A stretch of 64,000 nucleotides of DNA from an uncultured Armatimonadetes bacterium (GCA_963717145.1 OY970325.1:4064001-4128000), one strand, 5' to 3'; shown: positions 10,082-22,042, counted from the first letter of the stretch. Numbers and translations are program-made. Notes: generated by a model from the sequence alone, not told the origin.

Positions 10082-12831
10082 CTAGCGAGCCAAGCGGAAA
10101 CCGATAGCATTATCCCTGCTCCCCGGGGAGTAGTTGCTCCGATTGGCGCAGCGGGGAGCGTACCGGTCTTCCTGAAGGTAACTCGCACCGCGCAGGACCC
10201 TGTAACTATAGATCCACCCAGCGGGCCCTGCGGGTCGGCTGGCCAACTGCTCGTCGAGTACTCGCTGTAGTAGGCGCTCGAATACCAGTCCTTACACCAC
10301 TCCCACACGTTGCCGGCCATGTCCTGGCAGCCGTACGGGCTGGCGCCCGAAGGGTTGACATAGCTTCCAACGGGCTTGGCGGCCGATGAGTTCATGACGT
10401 TGCACCTGTTGCCATCCCAGATGTCGCCCCACGGGTACACGTTTGGATGCTCCGCCGGGCTAGTCGCCCAGCGGGCAGCCTTCTCCCACTGAGCCTCTGA
10501 CGGCAAATGGCCGCCAGCGTAGTTGCAGAACGCTTCTGCTTCGAAGTAGCTCACCCCACCCACTGGGAGAAGTCCATTCGCGCTTGGGTTCCAGTTGGTT
10601 GGCTGCGTGATATGCCCTTGGTCACGCCAGAGTCGCCCCTCCTCAGACCAGTATTCGTTGTTCGCGTATCCATCTGCGTCCACGAATGCTTTGAACTCGG
10701 CGTTGGTCACCTCATACTTTCCTATCCAGTAACCTGAGAGACCAACGCGGTGCTGTGGCAACTCATCGGGGTAGCTGTTTCCCTCGCTCCCGCTGTTCCC
10801 CATTAGGAACGATCCGGCTGGAACGTAGACCATTTCCCCAGGATAATCGTCGGTCTGTCGCACCAATCGAAGCGTATTACCGCCGATGCTCATGCATGAA
10901 CTGACGCCCGTCGCTTCCAGGTAGTCACCGACGACGGGTGAGAGCACGGTGTTGCGCGTCAGAACCGTGACCGGCTCGGGGCTGCCATCGGAGATCACAA
11001 AGAAGCCGGCTCCGTAAGTCTGGACGCGACCCCAGGTCGTCACGAGCAATCCTATGTTGTTGAGTCCCCTCCCGCCGGTCACGCCGCACTGGCCGGCCCC
11101 GCTGGATGCCAGGCAGTGCCAATCCCCACCGCCCAGCGAGAGAAGGTTGATCCCCAATGGCTTTACCGATCCATAGCCGATAGGCTCGACCCAGGTCGCT
11201 TCGACGTATCGCTCTCCGTTCAGATCAGTGCGCATGGTGCCCGTGAGGTTGACGCACGTCTTGCGGGCAGCCGTAAAGCCGGAGGCAAGCACCTTAAGTC
11301 CTGCGCTTCTGTCGGCAGACTCCACATAGAAGCCGTCCGTTAGAACTGCCGTGATGATGCCACCCAGACACGTAACGGAGTCTGAGTTGGTCCGCAGTCT
11401 TGCAGCCGCGACCGAATCGGCTCGCGTACAGGTGAACGATAACTGGAACTCCTGGCCCGCCTGCAGCGGAGGGTCATTCTTCTGCCATGGGAGCATCATG
11501 ACCATATCGTCCGCGAAGTCATAGTCGCGTGCATTGCTGCCGGGTAAGGCAAGAGCGTTTGTCACTCGGAATGGCAACCAGGCGATCACCGGGTTCTCTA
11601 GCCGGGGGATAGAAGTGTTCATCTTCACGGAGAGAGTGAAACGATACTCCTCTGGGTTCTCTGTGTGTTCATAAGTGAGTGTCTGGTCGTATAGGGCGGA
11701 CTGGCAGCTGTCAAGGCGGCAGTCGTAGCCAGGATCGCCGTACAGGACGAACTTGTCCCGATCGTACGTGATGTCCTCATCATACCCGGGCGTTTCTCGT
11801 TCGCGGTGGAATGCCAGAGCCTGGTTTCCCAGGAAGAAAGCCTCCGACCACGTGAACCTGCCGGCCAGCGGAAAGAAATAGCTCTGTACCATGCCGCTTA
11901 TCAGCCCATAGGTGTTAGTCACGATGTAGCCGCTATACTGGACCGCCCCGCCAGAATGAATCCAGCCCAGAGCGAGGCAGTTGTCTCGTTGCCCACCAAG
12001 GTCGTCCACAAGGCCCAGTAGGCAGTTCCCGCGACCGAAGTACAGCTTCGGATTCGTGGAGTTGACGTCATGTCTAGTGAGCGCGATGTCTTCGCCGTAG
12101 AGCTGTCCATGATCGCTCTTGAAGTACCCCTCACCGTCCGAATTCGGGTAGTGTAGTTGCCAGTCTAGTGGGCTAGCGTGTCCGCTCGTTATCACAATGT
12201 CCACCGGTGACGTATTGGAGTTGAGAGCATCCACGAGTGCTTGTGTGTCGTCCGCCGGTCCAGCCGGCGGGTGGCCGGCGTCGTACTTTGCGACAATTCC
12301 GCACGAGGTATCCCGAACCCACATGACGTCGCTGGCCGACTCCGAGTGGTACGTCCCAAGCTTCAGGTAGGTCTCGAGAAGGTCACCACCGGTCTTCAGC
12401 AAGCCCCGGCGCACGGTTAGCGGCTGTGCTTGGGCCATTCTCAGGGCATCTGCCGCCGTGTAACCCGTCACGATGCCCCAGATGCAGTCGCCGTATGGGT
12501 CAGCGTCGAGAGCCCAACACAACTGATGAACAGTCTCCACGTAGACGCCGCTTAGCTCTGTTGGCTGTGCGACGAAGGCGATGTGGCGCGGCATTATGCG
12601 CGACAACCTGCTGCGCACGGTATCTGGGAAAGCTGCGCCCGTGTAGGTTACGACAAGAGCTGAGTGCTTTGCAGCCAGCGCGTCAACCACGCCGCGCCAA
12701 GCGGCGTCGCCGTAAGTGCTCTGCGAGACGCATACAGCATAGGGCTGCGGGTAGTGTTCATCCGCCAGCACATGCACGGTAGTGGCAAGCACTCCAATCA
12801 CTGCGAGCATAACATACACCTGTCTCATCAT
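10082..12831 (-). CDS. Secreted multidomain protein: C25/gingipain-like region + tandem OB-like module + FGE-sulfatase (SUMF1) domain; frameshift near 10210
   Basis: YEVTN, LPSEAQWEKAAR, DMAGNVWEW; the proper ending RVLRGAS..RCANR..IGFRLAR* lies in a shifted frame ending at 10082. Confidence 0.8.
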
Positions 12832-13231
12832 TCAACCTCATGGTGTCACATTTTTTGGTAACTGCTCTACAATAACTCACTAATCCTCATACAGCTTACC
12901 TTGGCTGCCTATCCCCTGGAGGCAGAGAGTTTGGGCGAGGAGAGAATAACCTTAGGTAAGCAGTACAGTCACTGAGCCACAGTATGTATCCCCCGCTTGA
13001 ATCTGTCAAGTATGGTCTTGGCTGACTGAGCGTATGGCCTGTGAAAAACTGGTATTATTACTAGCAGACAAGATATCGGTGAGTGACTCGAAGGCCCGTT
13101 CCAAAGAACCACGCCCCCTCTCGGTGCTCAACAGAAATCATCGTGTGGAGACGAAGGAGAATATAGGGGCCGAGATGAATCCGGCCTCCGCATAATATCC
13201 CTGGCTTTCTGCCCGTGCCGTGGCTTGGCCT

Positions 13232-15832
13232 CTACACAACCTCCGCCTCGACCGCGCGGGTGAAGGCGAACTCGCCTTCCTGGGCGTCGACGGTGATGTG
13301 GTCGCCGTCGTGGAACTCGCCCTCGAGGATCTTCATCGCAAGCGGGTCCTGGATGCGCTTCTGGATCGTCCGCTTGAGCGGGCGCGCGCCGTAGGTCGGA
13401 TCGAACCCCTCGGCCGCAAGCTCCTGTTCCGCCCGGTCGGTCACCTCGATCTCGATCTTCCGGTCCGCGAGCCGCTTCCTCAGGTACTGAAGCTGGATCT
13501 CCACGATCTGCTTGATGTGCTCCGCCGTGAGCGAGTTGAAGAACACGATCTCGTCGAGCCGGTTCAGGAACTCCGGCCTGAACTGCGTCCGGAGCGCGTC
13601 CATCGCCCGGCTGCGCATCTCCCGGTCGTCGACGCCCGCCATCTCCTGAATCCATTGCGAGCCGACGTTCGACGTCATGATGATCACCGTGTTCTTGAAA
13701 TCGACCGTCCGACCCTGGCCGTCGGTCATCCGCCCCTCGTCCAGGATCTGGAGCAGCACGTTGAACACATCCGAGTGCGCCTTCTCGATCTCGTCGAAGA
13801 GCAGCACGCTGTACGGCCTCCGACGGACCGCCTCGGTGAGCTGTCCGCCCTCTTCGAAGCCGACGTATCCCGGCGGCGCGCCGATCATCCGCGCGACCGA
13901 ATGCTTCTCCATGTACTCCGACATGTCGAGCCGGATCATCGCCTTCTCGTCATCGAACATGAACTCCGCGAGCGCCCGGGCAAGCTCGGTCTTACCGACG
14001 CCGGTCGGGCCCATGAAGATGAAGCTCCCGATCGGCCGGTTCGGATCCTGCAACCCGGCGCGCGCCCGGCGGACCGCGTTCGATACGGCTCGGACCGCCT
14101 CGTCCTGGCCGACGACCCGCTGCTTCAGGCGCTCATCCATGTGGACGAGCTTCTGCATCTCGCCTTCCATCATCCTGGAGACGGGGATGCCGGTCCACTT
14201 GCTCACGACCTCGGCGATGTCCTCCTCATCGACCTCCTCCTTGAGCATCTTGCGGTCCTTCTGGACCTCCGCCAGGCGGGCGGTCGAGTCGTCGAGTTCC
14301 TTCTGGAGGGTCAGCAGCGTGCCGTACCGAAGCTCGGCGGCCTTCTGGAGGTCGGCATCGCGCTCGGCGTGCTGGAGGTCGATCCCGGCCTGCTCGATCT
14401 GCTGCTTGATCTGCTGGATGCGGTGGACGACTTCCTTCTCGTTCTGCCAGTGAGCCTTCATCTCGGCGCTCTGCTCGCGCAAATCCGCGAGTTCCTTCTC
14501 GATTTCGGATTTCGTATTTCGAATTTCGGATTTGGTTTCACGCTTGAGGGAGATCAGCTCGATCTCGAGCTGACGGATGCGCCGTTCGATCACGTCGATC
14601 TCCAAGGGCATGCTGTCGATCTCGATGCGCAGGCGCGATCCGGCCTCGTCGATCAGGTCGATCGCCTTGTCCGGGAGGAAACGGTCGGCGATGTACCGAT
14701 GCGAGAGGATCGCCGCCGCCACGATCGCGGAGTCGTTGATCTTGATGCCGTGGTGAACCTCATACCGCTCCTTCAGTCCGCGGAGTATCGCGATCGTGTC
14801 ATCGACATCCGGCTCATCGACCATGATCGGCTGGAACCGGCGTTCGAGCGCGGCATCCTTCTCGATATGCTTGCGGTACTCGTCGAGCGTGGTCGCGCCG
14901 ACGCATCGAAGCTCCCCGCGCGCGAGCATCGGCTTAAGCATGTTCGACGCATCGACCGCGCCCTCGGCGGCGCCCGCTCCGACGACGGTGTGCAGCTCGT
15001 CGATGAAGAGTATGACCTCGCCCTCGGCCTCCGCGACCTCGCGCAGGACGGCCTTCATGCGGTCCTCGAACTCGCCTCGGTACTTCGCGCCGGCGATCAT
15101 ACCGCCGATATCGAGGCTGACGATCCGCTTGTTCTTCAGGCCCTCGGGGATGTCGCCGCTTTCGATGCGCTGTGCCAGTCCCTCGACGATGGCGGTCTTC
15201 CCGACGCCCGGCTCACCGATCAGGACCGGGTTGTTCTTCGTGCGGCGCGAGAGCACCTGAACGACCCGCCTGATCTCGTCGTCCCGGCCGATGACCGGGT
15301 CGAGCTTCCCCTTGCGCGCCATCTCGGTCAGGTCGCGGCCATATCGTTCGAGCGCCTGGTACTTCTCCTCGGGGTTCTGATCGGTCACTCGGGCGGTTCC
15401 ACGGACCTCCACCAGCGCCTTGAGGACCTTGTCCTTCGATGCGCCCAGACCGCGGAGGATGTTGCCCGCCTCGCCCTGAGCCTCGGAGATCGCGAGGAGG
15501 AGGTGCTCGGTGCTGACGTACTCGTCCTTCATCTTCTGGGCCTCGTCCCACGCCTTGTCGAGCGCAGTCTTGAGCACGGCCGAGATGTAGACCTGGCCGG
15601 TGACGCCCTGGATCTTCGGCATGCGGTCGAGCACTGCCTTGACCTGGCCTTGAACCGCTCGGGGATCGACGCCGATCTTCTGGAGAACAGGCGTGACGAC
15701 GCCTTCCTCCTGGGTCAACAGGGCGAGCAGGAGGTGCTCCGCGCCGATCTCCTGATGGCCGTTTTGGTCCGCGAGGTTCTGCGCCTCCTGGACGGCCTCC
15801 TGCGCCTTGATCGTAAACTTGTCCATTCTCAT
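13232..15832 (-). CDS. clpB: ATP-dependent chaperone ClpB
   Basis: Two Walker A motifs GEPGVGKT and GPTGVGKT, coiled-coil M domain, GARPLKR. Confidence 0.97.
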   Translation of the reverse strand: MRMDKFTIKAQEAVQEAQNLADQNGHQEIGAEHLLLALLTQEEGVVTPVLQKIGVDPRAVQGQVKAVLDRMPKIQGVTGQVYISAVLKTALDKAWDEAQKMKDEYVSTEHLLLAISEAQGEAGNILRGLGASKDKVLKALVEVRGTARVTDQNPEEKYQALERYGRDLTEMARKGKLDPVIGRDDEIRRVVQVLSRRTKNNPVLIGEPGVGKTAIVEGLAQRIESGDIPEGLKNKRIVSLDIGGMIAGAKYRGEFEDRMKAVLREVAEAEGEVILFIDELHTVVGAGAAEGAVDASNMLKPMLARGELRCVGATTLDEYRKHIEKDAALERRFQPIMVDEPDVDDTIAILRGLKERYEVHHGIKINDSAIVAAAILSHRYIADRFLPDKAIDLIDEAGSRLRIEIDSMPLEIDVIERRIRQLEIELISLKRETKSEIRNTKSEIEKELADLREQSAEMKAHWQNEKEVVHRIQQIKQQIEQAGIDLQHAERDADLQKAAELRYGTLLTLQKELDDSTARLAEVQKDRKMLKEEVDEEDIAEVVSKWTGIPVSRMMEGEMQKLVHMDERLKQRVVGQDEAVRAVSNAVRRARAGLQDPNRPIGSFIFMGPTGVGKTELARALAEFMFDDEKAMIRLDMSEYMEKHSVARMIGAPPGYVGFEEGGQLTEAVRRRPYSVLLFDEIEKAHSDVFNVLLQILDEGRMTDGQGRTVDFKNTVIIMTSNVGSQWIQEMAGVDDREMRSRAMDALRTQFRPEFLNRLDEIVFFNSLTAEHIKQIVEIQLQYLRKRLADRKIEIEVTDRAEQELAAEGFDPTYGARPLKRTIQKRIQDPLAMKILEGEFHDGDHITVDAQEGEFAFTRAVEAEVV

Positions 15833-15863
15833 GGGGTCACACTCCCTCCATCAGCAACCGCAT

Positions 15864-15978
15864 GTAGTGGCCGCGCCTCCGTGCCGGCCTTCGACGTCCC
15901 ATGGCCGGCACGGAGGCACGGCCACTACATGCGGTTCCGATTGTCCGAACATGGCCGGCACGGAGGCGCGGCCACTAC
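15864..15978. repeat. GTAG-type REP cluster (3 copies) in the clpB leader
   Basis: gtagtggccgcgcctccgtgccggcc and two inverted copies ggccggcacggaggc(a/g)cggccactac. Confidence 0.85.
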
Positions 15979-16036
15979 GACGGCAAAGAATATGTACCCA
16001 ATCGGGCCAAGCGGTCACCATGTCTATGCCTGCGCC

Positions 16037-16074
16037 ATCATACTACTTGATGGCATTGTTGTCAAGTAGTATGA
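16037..16074 (-). promoter_or_regulatory. clpB sigma70 promoter overlapped by a 13-bp inverted repeat (HAIR-like)
   Basis: TTGACA-17-TATGAT; tcatactacttga-N11-tcaagtagtatga. Confidence 0.7.
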
Positions 16075-16127
16075 CGCACGAGCACCCCAAATGGTTCCCA
16101 TCTTGGCGTCCCTTGGCGACTTGGCGG

Positions 16128-17363
16128 CTAGTCCAATCCGCCGGACTCCTCCTGGGCGATGCGGGCCCAGGAGGCGAGGCGCCGGGGATCGTTGTCGCAG
16201 GTGTGCGTGTCCTTGAGGATCATCTCGACCACGCAACCCTTCCCAACGTCGAGCGTCTCGCGGATATCCCGACGGATCCAATCCTCGTCGAACTTGCCGC
16301 ACATCTGCGCGGGATTCGGCTTCCAGGAGAAGATATACCTGTTCCCGAGGCCCTCAGCCGCGAGGCGTTTATCCGCCCACGGGCTGATCGAAATCCTCCG
16401 CAGGCGCGGAATCTTGAGCACGTATTCCAGGCGGTCGGTCACCGGCTCGCAGCACCCGTAGCAGTTCAGGCCGTAGCGGTCCATCAGCGGGCGCTGGTAC
16501 TGGAAGACGAACTCCTCGTGCATCGCGCCCGAGACGCCGACGAGTTCCTGCGCCTCGCCGAACCCCCAGAGGTTTCTCAGGCGCACCCGTCCGTCGAAGT
16601 CGGGGCCGGGTAGCTCGTCGGTATATCCGATGCCGCCCGATGCGATGTACTCATCGTTGTTGTCGAGGTCGAGCTTCGGGTAGGCATCGACCTGATCGAG
16701 CATGTGCATGTTTCCATCCGCCAGGAACTTCATCACCCGGTGGACGAACTCCGGCCTTTCGATCATGTCGTACATCATCTGATCGAGGCCGCGGAGGTAC
16801 ATATAGACGTTCGCCAGGCCGGTGAACCCCCAGATGAACATGCGGTGGAAGACCTTGACCTCGAGGATGTCGCCGACCGCCTCCCGCATGGCGTCGAAGT
16901 TGCGCCGAGTCGCCTCCTCGTCGATCACGATGTCGGGGACCTGCAGCTTGTCGATATCCGACTCATCCTTCATCGGTGGATCGATGTGCCACGCGCCACG
17001 GGGCATGTCGCTGTGGGTGTATCCGCACGAGAGTCCCCAGCCGGTGTGCGTCCACGCGAGGTGGACTTTGAGGTGCGGCTCGATGGGCCAGTCGTCGTGG
17101 AGGACCTCCCCGTGGTAGATGATCTGGCGGAAGTGGTTCTCGTAGGCACGGGCGAGTGGATCGGTGCATCGGAGAGTGCCTTCCGGGAAGATCTCGCCCC
17201 ATGAGCCTTCCGGGGAGACGAGCACCATCGGCTTGGTCTTCTTCAGGCTGTTGTGGAGCTTCCACATCTCGCGCAGTTTCGCCTGGCGGGGATGATTGCC
17301 GATTTCCGCGACCTTTTTCGCAAGCTCGCGGAGGATCTGTCGGTCGTTCGTTTCAAATGGCAT
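16128..17363 (-). CDS. UroD/MtaA-like TIM-barrel hypothetical protein
   Basis: LRGLDQMMYDM, EAQE, YGCCEP, SISPWAD, SWKPNP, LKDTHT. Confidence 0.75.
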   Translation of the reverse strand: MPFETNDRQILRELAKKVAEIGNHPRQAKLREMWKLHNSLKKTKPMVLVSPEGSWGEIFPEGTLRCTDPLARAYENHFRQIIYHGEVLHDDWPIEPHLKVHLAWTHTGWGLSCGYTHSDMPRGAWHIDPPMKDESDIDKLQVPDIVIDEEATRRNFDAMREAVGDILEVKVFHRMFIWGFTGLANVYMYLRGLDQMMYDMIERPEFVHRVMKFLADGNMHMLDQVDAYPKLDLDNNDEYIASGGIGYTDELPGPDFDGRVRLRNLWGFGEAQELVGVSGAMHEEFVFQYQRPLMDRYGLNCYGCCEPVTDRLEYVLKIPRLRRISISPWADKRLAAEGLGNRYIFSWKPNPAQMCGKFDEDWIRRDIRETLDVGKGCVVEMILKDTHTCDNDPRRLASWARIAQEESGGLD

Positions 17364-17420
17364 GGCCAACCTCCAGAATGGTTGATGGTATATGGTTCAT
17401 GGTTGATGCGGGATCTCACA

Positions 17421-17528
17421 TTGGTGTTTCGGGATTTGAGTGACTCTGGGAACGGAAATCCCGAAATGCGTCTCTCGTCCCGTTTCGGGATTTCCGTTCC
17501 CAGAGTCACTCAAATCCCGAAACACCAA
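17421..17528. repeat. Perfect 46-bp-arm palindrome; each arm is itself a hairpin
   Basis: 17421-17466 is the reverse complement of 17483-17528; heptamer array atggttg adjacent (17377-17408). Confidence 0.9.
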
Positions 17529-17551
17529 CCTCTCATTTCCGTACCAGGGTC

Positions 17552-20500
17552 TCATTCCTCGACCCTCAGGCCGTCTATGTGGACCAGCTTGTCGTCGGCG
17601 ACCTCGATGCGGATCGTGTGACGGCGGGCGGTTGGGAACTCCCGGCGGTAGACGCAGACGCCCCAGATGTCATCGGCGGAGTAGGTATCGACGACCTCGG
17701 CCGGGTCGCCGTCGATGCTGACCGACGCCGGGCCGCAGTCCGCGCCGAGCTTCGAGAACCAGAGCACCTTCCGCCCCTCGAAGGCGAACTCCACCGACGC
17801 GCCCTTCTGCTTGGAGAATGAGATCGTGCCGTCATGCGCCGGTTGGAGACCCGATCGGCGCTCCCAGTCGCCAGTGTACGTCAAGGCGCTCGATCTGTCA
17901 TCCACGATCAGCGCGGGTTTGCCGGATGAACCCTTGGCGGAGATGCGCTCGGAGGCGTTCCCGTCTCCATCCACGGTACGTACCTCGTACTTGGCCGCCG
18001 GGTCCGCTCCCGCCGAATGGTCGAAGTAGATACGTCCCCTTGGCGACTCTGTCGAGCGGCTGCGCCGTTCCGCGAAGACCTCGTAGTAGGAGACCCAGTT
18101 GTTGTCCGACCCCGGCTTCCACATCAGCTCGACTCCCGGATAGCCCATGTTCTCCGCCGCGCGCTTGGTGACGCTGCTGGGCGGAGTCGGCGGCTCGGTG
18201 TCGAGCTTGCTGCCCGGGGTGCATCGGCAGGTTGAGGTAGATCAACTCGCCGGGGAGCATCTTCTCGATCGAGATGCCTGCCGTCATCAGGTCTGTGCCA
18301 GACCGCTTCTCGGTGCGCTTCGATTCGCTCGAATGAGACGGAATAGGTCTCATCGGGAAGCAGACCCTTGGGCGTGATCGTCACCGGCCCGGACGCGGGC
18401 CGCTTGATGATGATCACGCCGCGCAGGCCGTCGCCGCTGAGCCGCTGGAAGGTACATCGTCGGGTCATCGCCGGTCACGATCGGACGGTAGACGTGGACC
18501 CATCGGCCGACGACGCCGTTGTTTCTGCAGGTAGTGGTAGATGTCGATCAGCTCGCGCAGGCCCTCCAGCTTCGTCGGGCTCCCATGTGTCGCCGGTCAT
18601 GTCGAAGTTGATGCAGAGGAGCGCCGCGCCACGTCGCCTTGTCGTACTTGGCGGGATTCCAGATGTCGGGCATGTCGCTCGTCTTGTCGGGCGGGAAGAG
18701 CAGCGACGCGTAGTAGTTGCGCGAGGATGCCCGACCGCGCCATCGCTGAACTGGATCGTCGAGGCGTAGCGGATGTAGTCGTAGCCGCAGTAGTTGCCGC
18801 CGCCGTTGACCGCCTGGAACGCGCAGCTGGGATGCTTGTCGAGGAAGTGCCGGAGGATCTCGCGGAAGCCCTGGTCCTGGCCGAGCAGCGGCGTGTCGTC
18901 GCCGTCGCTGCGGGCTGGTGAAGAAGCTGTCGTTGCGCCACTCGAAGTCGCCCCAGCGCTCGACGAAATCGTCGAGTTGCCCCTCGATGAACTCGACGAC
19001 TTCGGGCTCGGACATGTCGAGCGTGTCTGCCGAGCACCCAGTCCGGATGCTCCTTCGCCACCTTCGACTCGGGATCGACCGTGTAGAGGAACGCGTAGAT
19101 GAGCTGGCCCATGTCCGTACTTGCGCAGGTACTCGCCGGTCGTGCGGAAGTCCGGGCCGTTCCAGTCGCCCGCGCGATCCCACCAGCCCCAGTCGCGGTG
19201 GTAGACGTCTGCGCCGATGTAGCGCATGAGGTCGGCGACGCGGAAGACCTTGCGGAAGGTGCTGTCCAGGTCCGGCTTGCCGCCGGTCCAGCCGACGCCC
19301 GGCTGGCCCCAGCCGGTGCCCTTGCATCCAGTAGCCGAGCATCCGGATCGCCGGGAACCATCCCTCGCGGGTGTAGTCCCACAGATAGCGGTACTGCCAG
19401 TCGAGGCATTCGTTGCCGGCGTTGTCGAGGTCGTCGCGGAAGAGGCCGACGAACGCCTTCGGGGTCGTGACGCGACTCGCCCGGCGCGAGGGTCTGCTTG
19501 TGGCCGGCGACCTTCAGTTGCGCCGTGATCGACGCCGTCGGCTGCAGCTCGAAGGACGACGCCCAGTGGCCGAAGTAGTCCCAGCCGATGAAGAGGCCGT
19601 CGCCGGTGTCTCGGTCGTAGCAGCGCGTACCACGGCGCGTAGCTCGATGAGCCCATGCCGGAAGCCGTAGCCCGAACTCCCGCCGGACGCGTTGCCGGTG
19701 TTGCAGACCGATGCCGGTCACGCGGACTCTGCCCGCCTTCGGCGCGGTCCAGACGCGGACGGCGTCCTGGCCGGCGTCAGGATGCTGATTGCCCGCTCCG
19801 ACGAACGGCGTGCCGGTCGCGTTGTCCTGCGTCTTGCGCCACTGCTTGTGCTCGGGGTAGTAGACCAGGTCGACGAACTTGCCGTCCTCGATGTACTGGT
19901 ATCGCCAGCCGCTCTTCCCCTGCTCGCCGCTGAACTCCCCGGAGGCTGTATGGGTCTCGCCGTCTTCGTAGGTGATCGTCGGGTTGAAGGCGGTGGTGTC
20001 AAAGCCGATGTTTCCGTGCATGTTGACCAGGAAGACCAGCCTGTCGCCCGCCGTCACGTCGAGCGGCGACATCGAACGGGACAGTGACGGTGGCGTTGGG
20101 GACGTACTGCCAGCCCTCCGCGGGCCAGACCTGCCGATCGTTCAGCATGATCCTGGCGTCTGATCCCGTCGCCGGGGAACTCGGGGTGGTCCGCGGGAAG
20201 CGGCTCGTAGGAATCGAACGTGCGCGTCTTGCCTGGTGTCAGCGACTCGGTCTTGAGCGTCCAGGAGCCGGGCTGGTTCTCGCCGCCGGTCATCCAGTGG
20301 AAATCGGGTGAACCGCCGAGCCGCACTCCGAGGTTGAGGAACTCCGGCTCGACGACCTGGAGCGGCGCATCGCCCGTATTCGTAAAGCTGACCCACTCCC
20401 GGATCACGCTCGACTTGGGGTAGATGACGAAAACCTTGGTGGCCTTCAGAGGTCCCTGCTGGAGAGCGATACGGAGTTCCAGTTCGCCGTGTTTGAGCTT

Positions 20501-20749
20501 GTTCGTGTCGGAACTGACAAGCTCCCAGCGTCCTGCCAGCAGCTCATCCGGGGCGGCGACCTCACGGCCCTTGATCTTGAAGCTCTTGAGGAGTAATCGG
20601 CCGTCCTCCAGGGCGACGGTCCGCTCGACGGACGCCGTTCCGAAGGTCCACGTCGTGCCCTCCTGTTTGACGTAGGCATCGCTGTTGCGCATCGGATTCC
20701 CTCCTGTCGCGAGAACTAGTACACTGCAAATCAAGGCTGCTGTCAGCAA
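17552..20749 (-). pseudogene. Large secreted GH36/GH27-like glycoside hydrolase broken by many frameshifts (probably sequencing errors)
   Basis: Signal peptide at 20749; protein-like segments hop among frames (GWDYFGHW, YHRDWGWWD, LDMSEPEVVEF, EWRND). Confidence 0.65.
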
Positions 20750-20761
20750 GTCGATTCTCCT

Positions 20762-21103
20762 CTATGTGCGAGCCAGATAAAGGTACGTGACCCGGTTGTC
20801 GGGGCCGATGTAGACGTACAGCCTCCAAACGAAGTCGTTGTACTCCAGGACTTCTTTCTCCACGGGCCTTGTCGGCACAGGTATGTAGTTCGCAGTATGC
20901 ATTTCCTTGAGCGACTGCGCCACGTGATTCGGCTGACCCTTGACCGCGATCACCTCGGAGCGAGTCATGCCGACATGCATGCCGTTCATCAAGGAACGAC
21001 GAGATCGTTCGTTCATGATCTGTGGACCGTTCATGAAGAGGATCACACCGGCTGCCACGATGGCAAGCGCGACAACCAGCCAGATAACCAGCGAACGCTT
21101 CAT
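20762..21103 (-). CDS. Small membrane-anchored protein (SmpA/BamE-like segment)
   Basis: N-terminal TM; GMTRSEVIAVKGQP. Confidence 0.65.
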   Translation of the reverse strand: MKRSLVIWLVVALAIVAAGVILFMNGPQIMNERSRRSLMNGMHVGMTRSEVIAVKGQPNHVAQSLKEMHTANYIPVPTRPVEKEVLEYNDFVWRLYVYIGPDNRVTYLYLART

Positions 21104-21211
21104 CTCATACCCCCTGATGGGCTCTCTTACATGAAGCTGTTCGATCAATGCGCCTTCTTCCCCTGCAGGACAATGGGCCGCATTGTGTGAAAGTCTCCCC
21201 TGAGGCGGAAC

Positions 21212-21783
21212 ATGAAGCGATCGAAGCAAAATCGGCCGAAGGACTGCCCGTTCGTCGGCAAGGGCGGGCTCAAACTGCAGTTCGCGCTCGAGCATTTCGG
21301 ACTCGACGTGTGCGACACGGTCGCCGCCGATCTCGGATGCAACATCGGCGGGTTCACGGACGCCCTCCTCCAGGCCGGCGCATCGAAGGTGTATGCCGTC
21401 GATACCTCCTACGGGCTGCTGGCCTGGAAGCTGCGAACCGACGAGCGCGTGGTCGTCTTCGAGCGGACGAACGTGCTCCGCTGGACGGCCCCGAGCAGGT
21501 CGATCTGGTGGTCGCGGACCTCGGATGGACCCGCCAGGAGTTGACGCTGCCGGTGATCGCGCGAATCCTCAAGCCGGGCGGTCAGGCGCTCTCGCTCGTG
21601 AAGCCGCAGTATGAAGTCCCCGGCAACAAGGGTGTCCTGCCTGAGGAACAGATCCCCGAGGCGCTCGAGATGGTCCACTCGATCATCCCCGACGAGTTCG
21701 AAGTCCTCGGCGAGGAGCGCTCCCCATACGTCGGCAGTGGAGGCAACGTCGAGTATTGGTTGTGGCTGCGGAAACACGAATAG
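21212..21783 (+). CDS. TlyA-like RNA methyltransferase lacking the S4 domain; single frameshift near 21493
   Basis: FVGKGGLKL, DLGCNIGGFTD, then LVKPQYE, GSGGNVEY in the next frame. Confidence 0.8.
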
Positions 21784-22042
21784 CACGAATGGACGAATAT
21801 GGGGAAAGACCCGGCATGGTGTTTTTTCGGTAACTCGGATCATCAAGTGATAGCTCATGTTCTCAAGGTACCCGAACACGAATGGGGCCAGGGATCCATT
21901 CGCGGATGGCCTTCCTGATCCCATCCCATCCCATTCGTGTTCCGTTACCTTGAGAACATGACCTACCGCCCTGTAGACTGAGTTACCGAAGTCCCCAAAC
22001 CCGATTCTCCCCATATTCGTCCATTCGTGGGATTCGTGTTTT
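21772..22042. repeat. Nested ~270-bp palindromic element (9-mer acacgaat family)
   Basis: Outer, middle and inner inverted pairs; see finding. Confidence 0.8.

Noticed and set aside
9870-13130. Complete diversity-generating retroelement
   Set aside because: No reverse transcriptase or template repeat in the window
15864-15978. Possible CRISPR array
   Set aside because: Three copies in mixed orientation with GTAG ends and no cas genes; this is a REP cluster
13220-16069. 949-aa plus-strand ORF
   Set aside because: Antisense shadow of clpB caused by high-GC codon bias; the same applies to most overlapping ORFs in the track
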